Shown here: one piece after another, positions 63,611 to 64,000 of the stretch
How positions within the stretch are numbered: position 1 is the first letter of the stretch
How the letters are laid out: each line of letters opens with the position of its first letter
Source of the DNA: Azolla caroliniana
Taxonomy: Eukaryota; Plantae; Polypodiophyta
Assembly (NCBI GenBank): GCA_043228905.1
Contig: JBHGNT010000006.1
Coordinates: 12,524,001-12,588,000 of the forward strand
Direction: 5' to 3'
Length of the DNA: 64,000 nt
Made by a program: the position numbers and the translations under genes
Notes under the pieces: model-generated
Database searches by the model: none
What the model was told of the DNA's origin: nothing
Seen by the model: the letters and a program-made list of their open reading frames with translations, nothing else

Positions 63611-64000
63611 AAGAGCCTTGTGCTCTTCCATTTGAGCTAGGTTGATTCGATGCTTGGCTCTTAAAAGATACATTTCATTCTAGATTTAGATGACCATTTG
63701 TGACATGCCAGACATGCTGACCATGGGGCTCGTACCCATGACCACAAGGTTACACGCCTTGCACTCGTCCATGTTAGGTAGATCGGCCCAATACTTGGTT
63801 ATTATCATTTTAGATTAATATGAGAAGCCACACCCACCGACCATGGGGCTCGAACCCATTAAAAGATACATTTCATTCTAGATTTAGATGACCATTAATG
63901 ATCCATTTCATTCTAAATCAGATTTAGTTGACCGTTCATGACATGCCACACCTGCTATCTTGGAGGATTTCGGCTACTGAGAGAGAAGTCCAACAAAAGC

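Larger units (their letters stand above)
62685..63960 (-). repeat. tandem array of degenerate tRNA-Lys(CTT)-derived units
   Basis: About 6 full or partial copies of GGGGCTCGAACCCATGACCACAAGGTTAAGAGCCTTGCGCTCT (reverse complement of tRNA-Lys) with shared spacer blocks TAGATGACCATT and CATGCCACACC. Confidence 0.85.

Noticed and set aside
62685-63960. Functional tRNA-Lys genes
   Set aside because: Acceptor stems, D arms and T arms are disrupted in every copy.

Overview
Repeat-rich land-plant nuclear DNA, most consistent with a fern (long 306-bp-period PLS-PPR genes, RTE-X-like LINE); the taxon is an inference. 1-22.1 kb is a nest of LTR retrotransposons: minus-strand copia D holds copia A, whose 3' LTR holds an internally deleted copia B (3516-17432), whose integrase holds a near full-length non-chromovirus Ty3/gypsy C (6283-16360) with a large extra 3' ORF. 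23-42 kb has three PLS-class PPR genes without DYW, a non-autonomous MULE-like element, solo LTRs and a second C-family remnant. 45.7-56.3 kb is a complete copia F (TSD GTCTA) with a near full-length LINE in its 3' LTR microsatellite. Next come a 3-exon ATX1/CCH-like copper chaperone gene and a tandem array of degenerate tRNA-Lys(CTT) copies. Most striking: gypsy C and two related remnants have no polypurine tract. Directly before the 3' LTR they carry a tRNA-Arg-like 3' end finishing in CCA, i.e. a second, inverted PBS, which suggests tRNA priming of both strands. All alignments and counts were done by eye.
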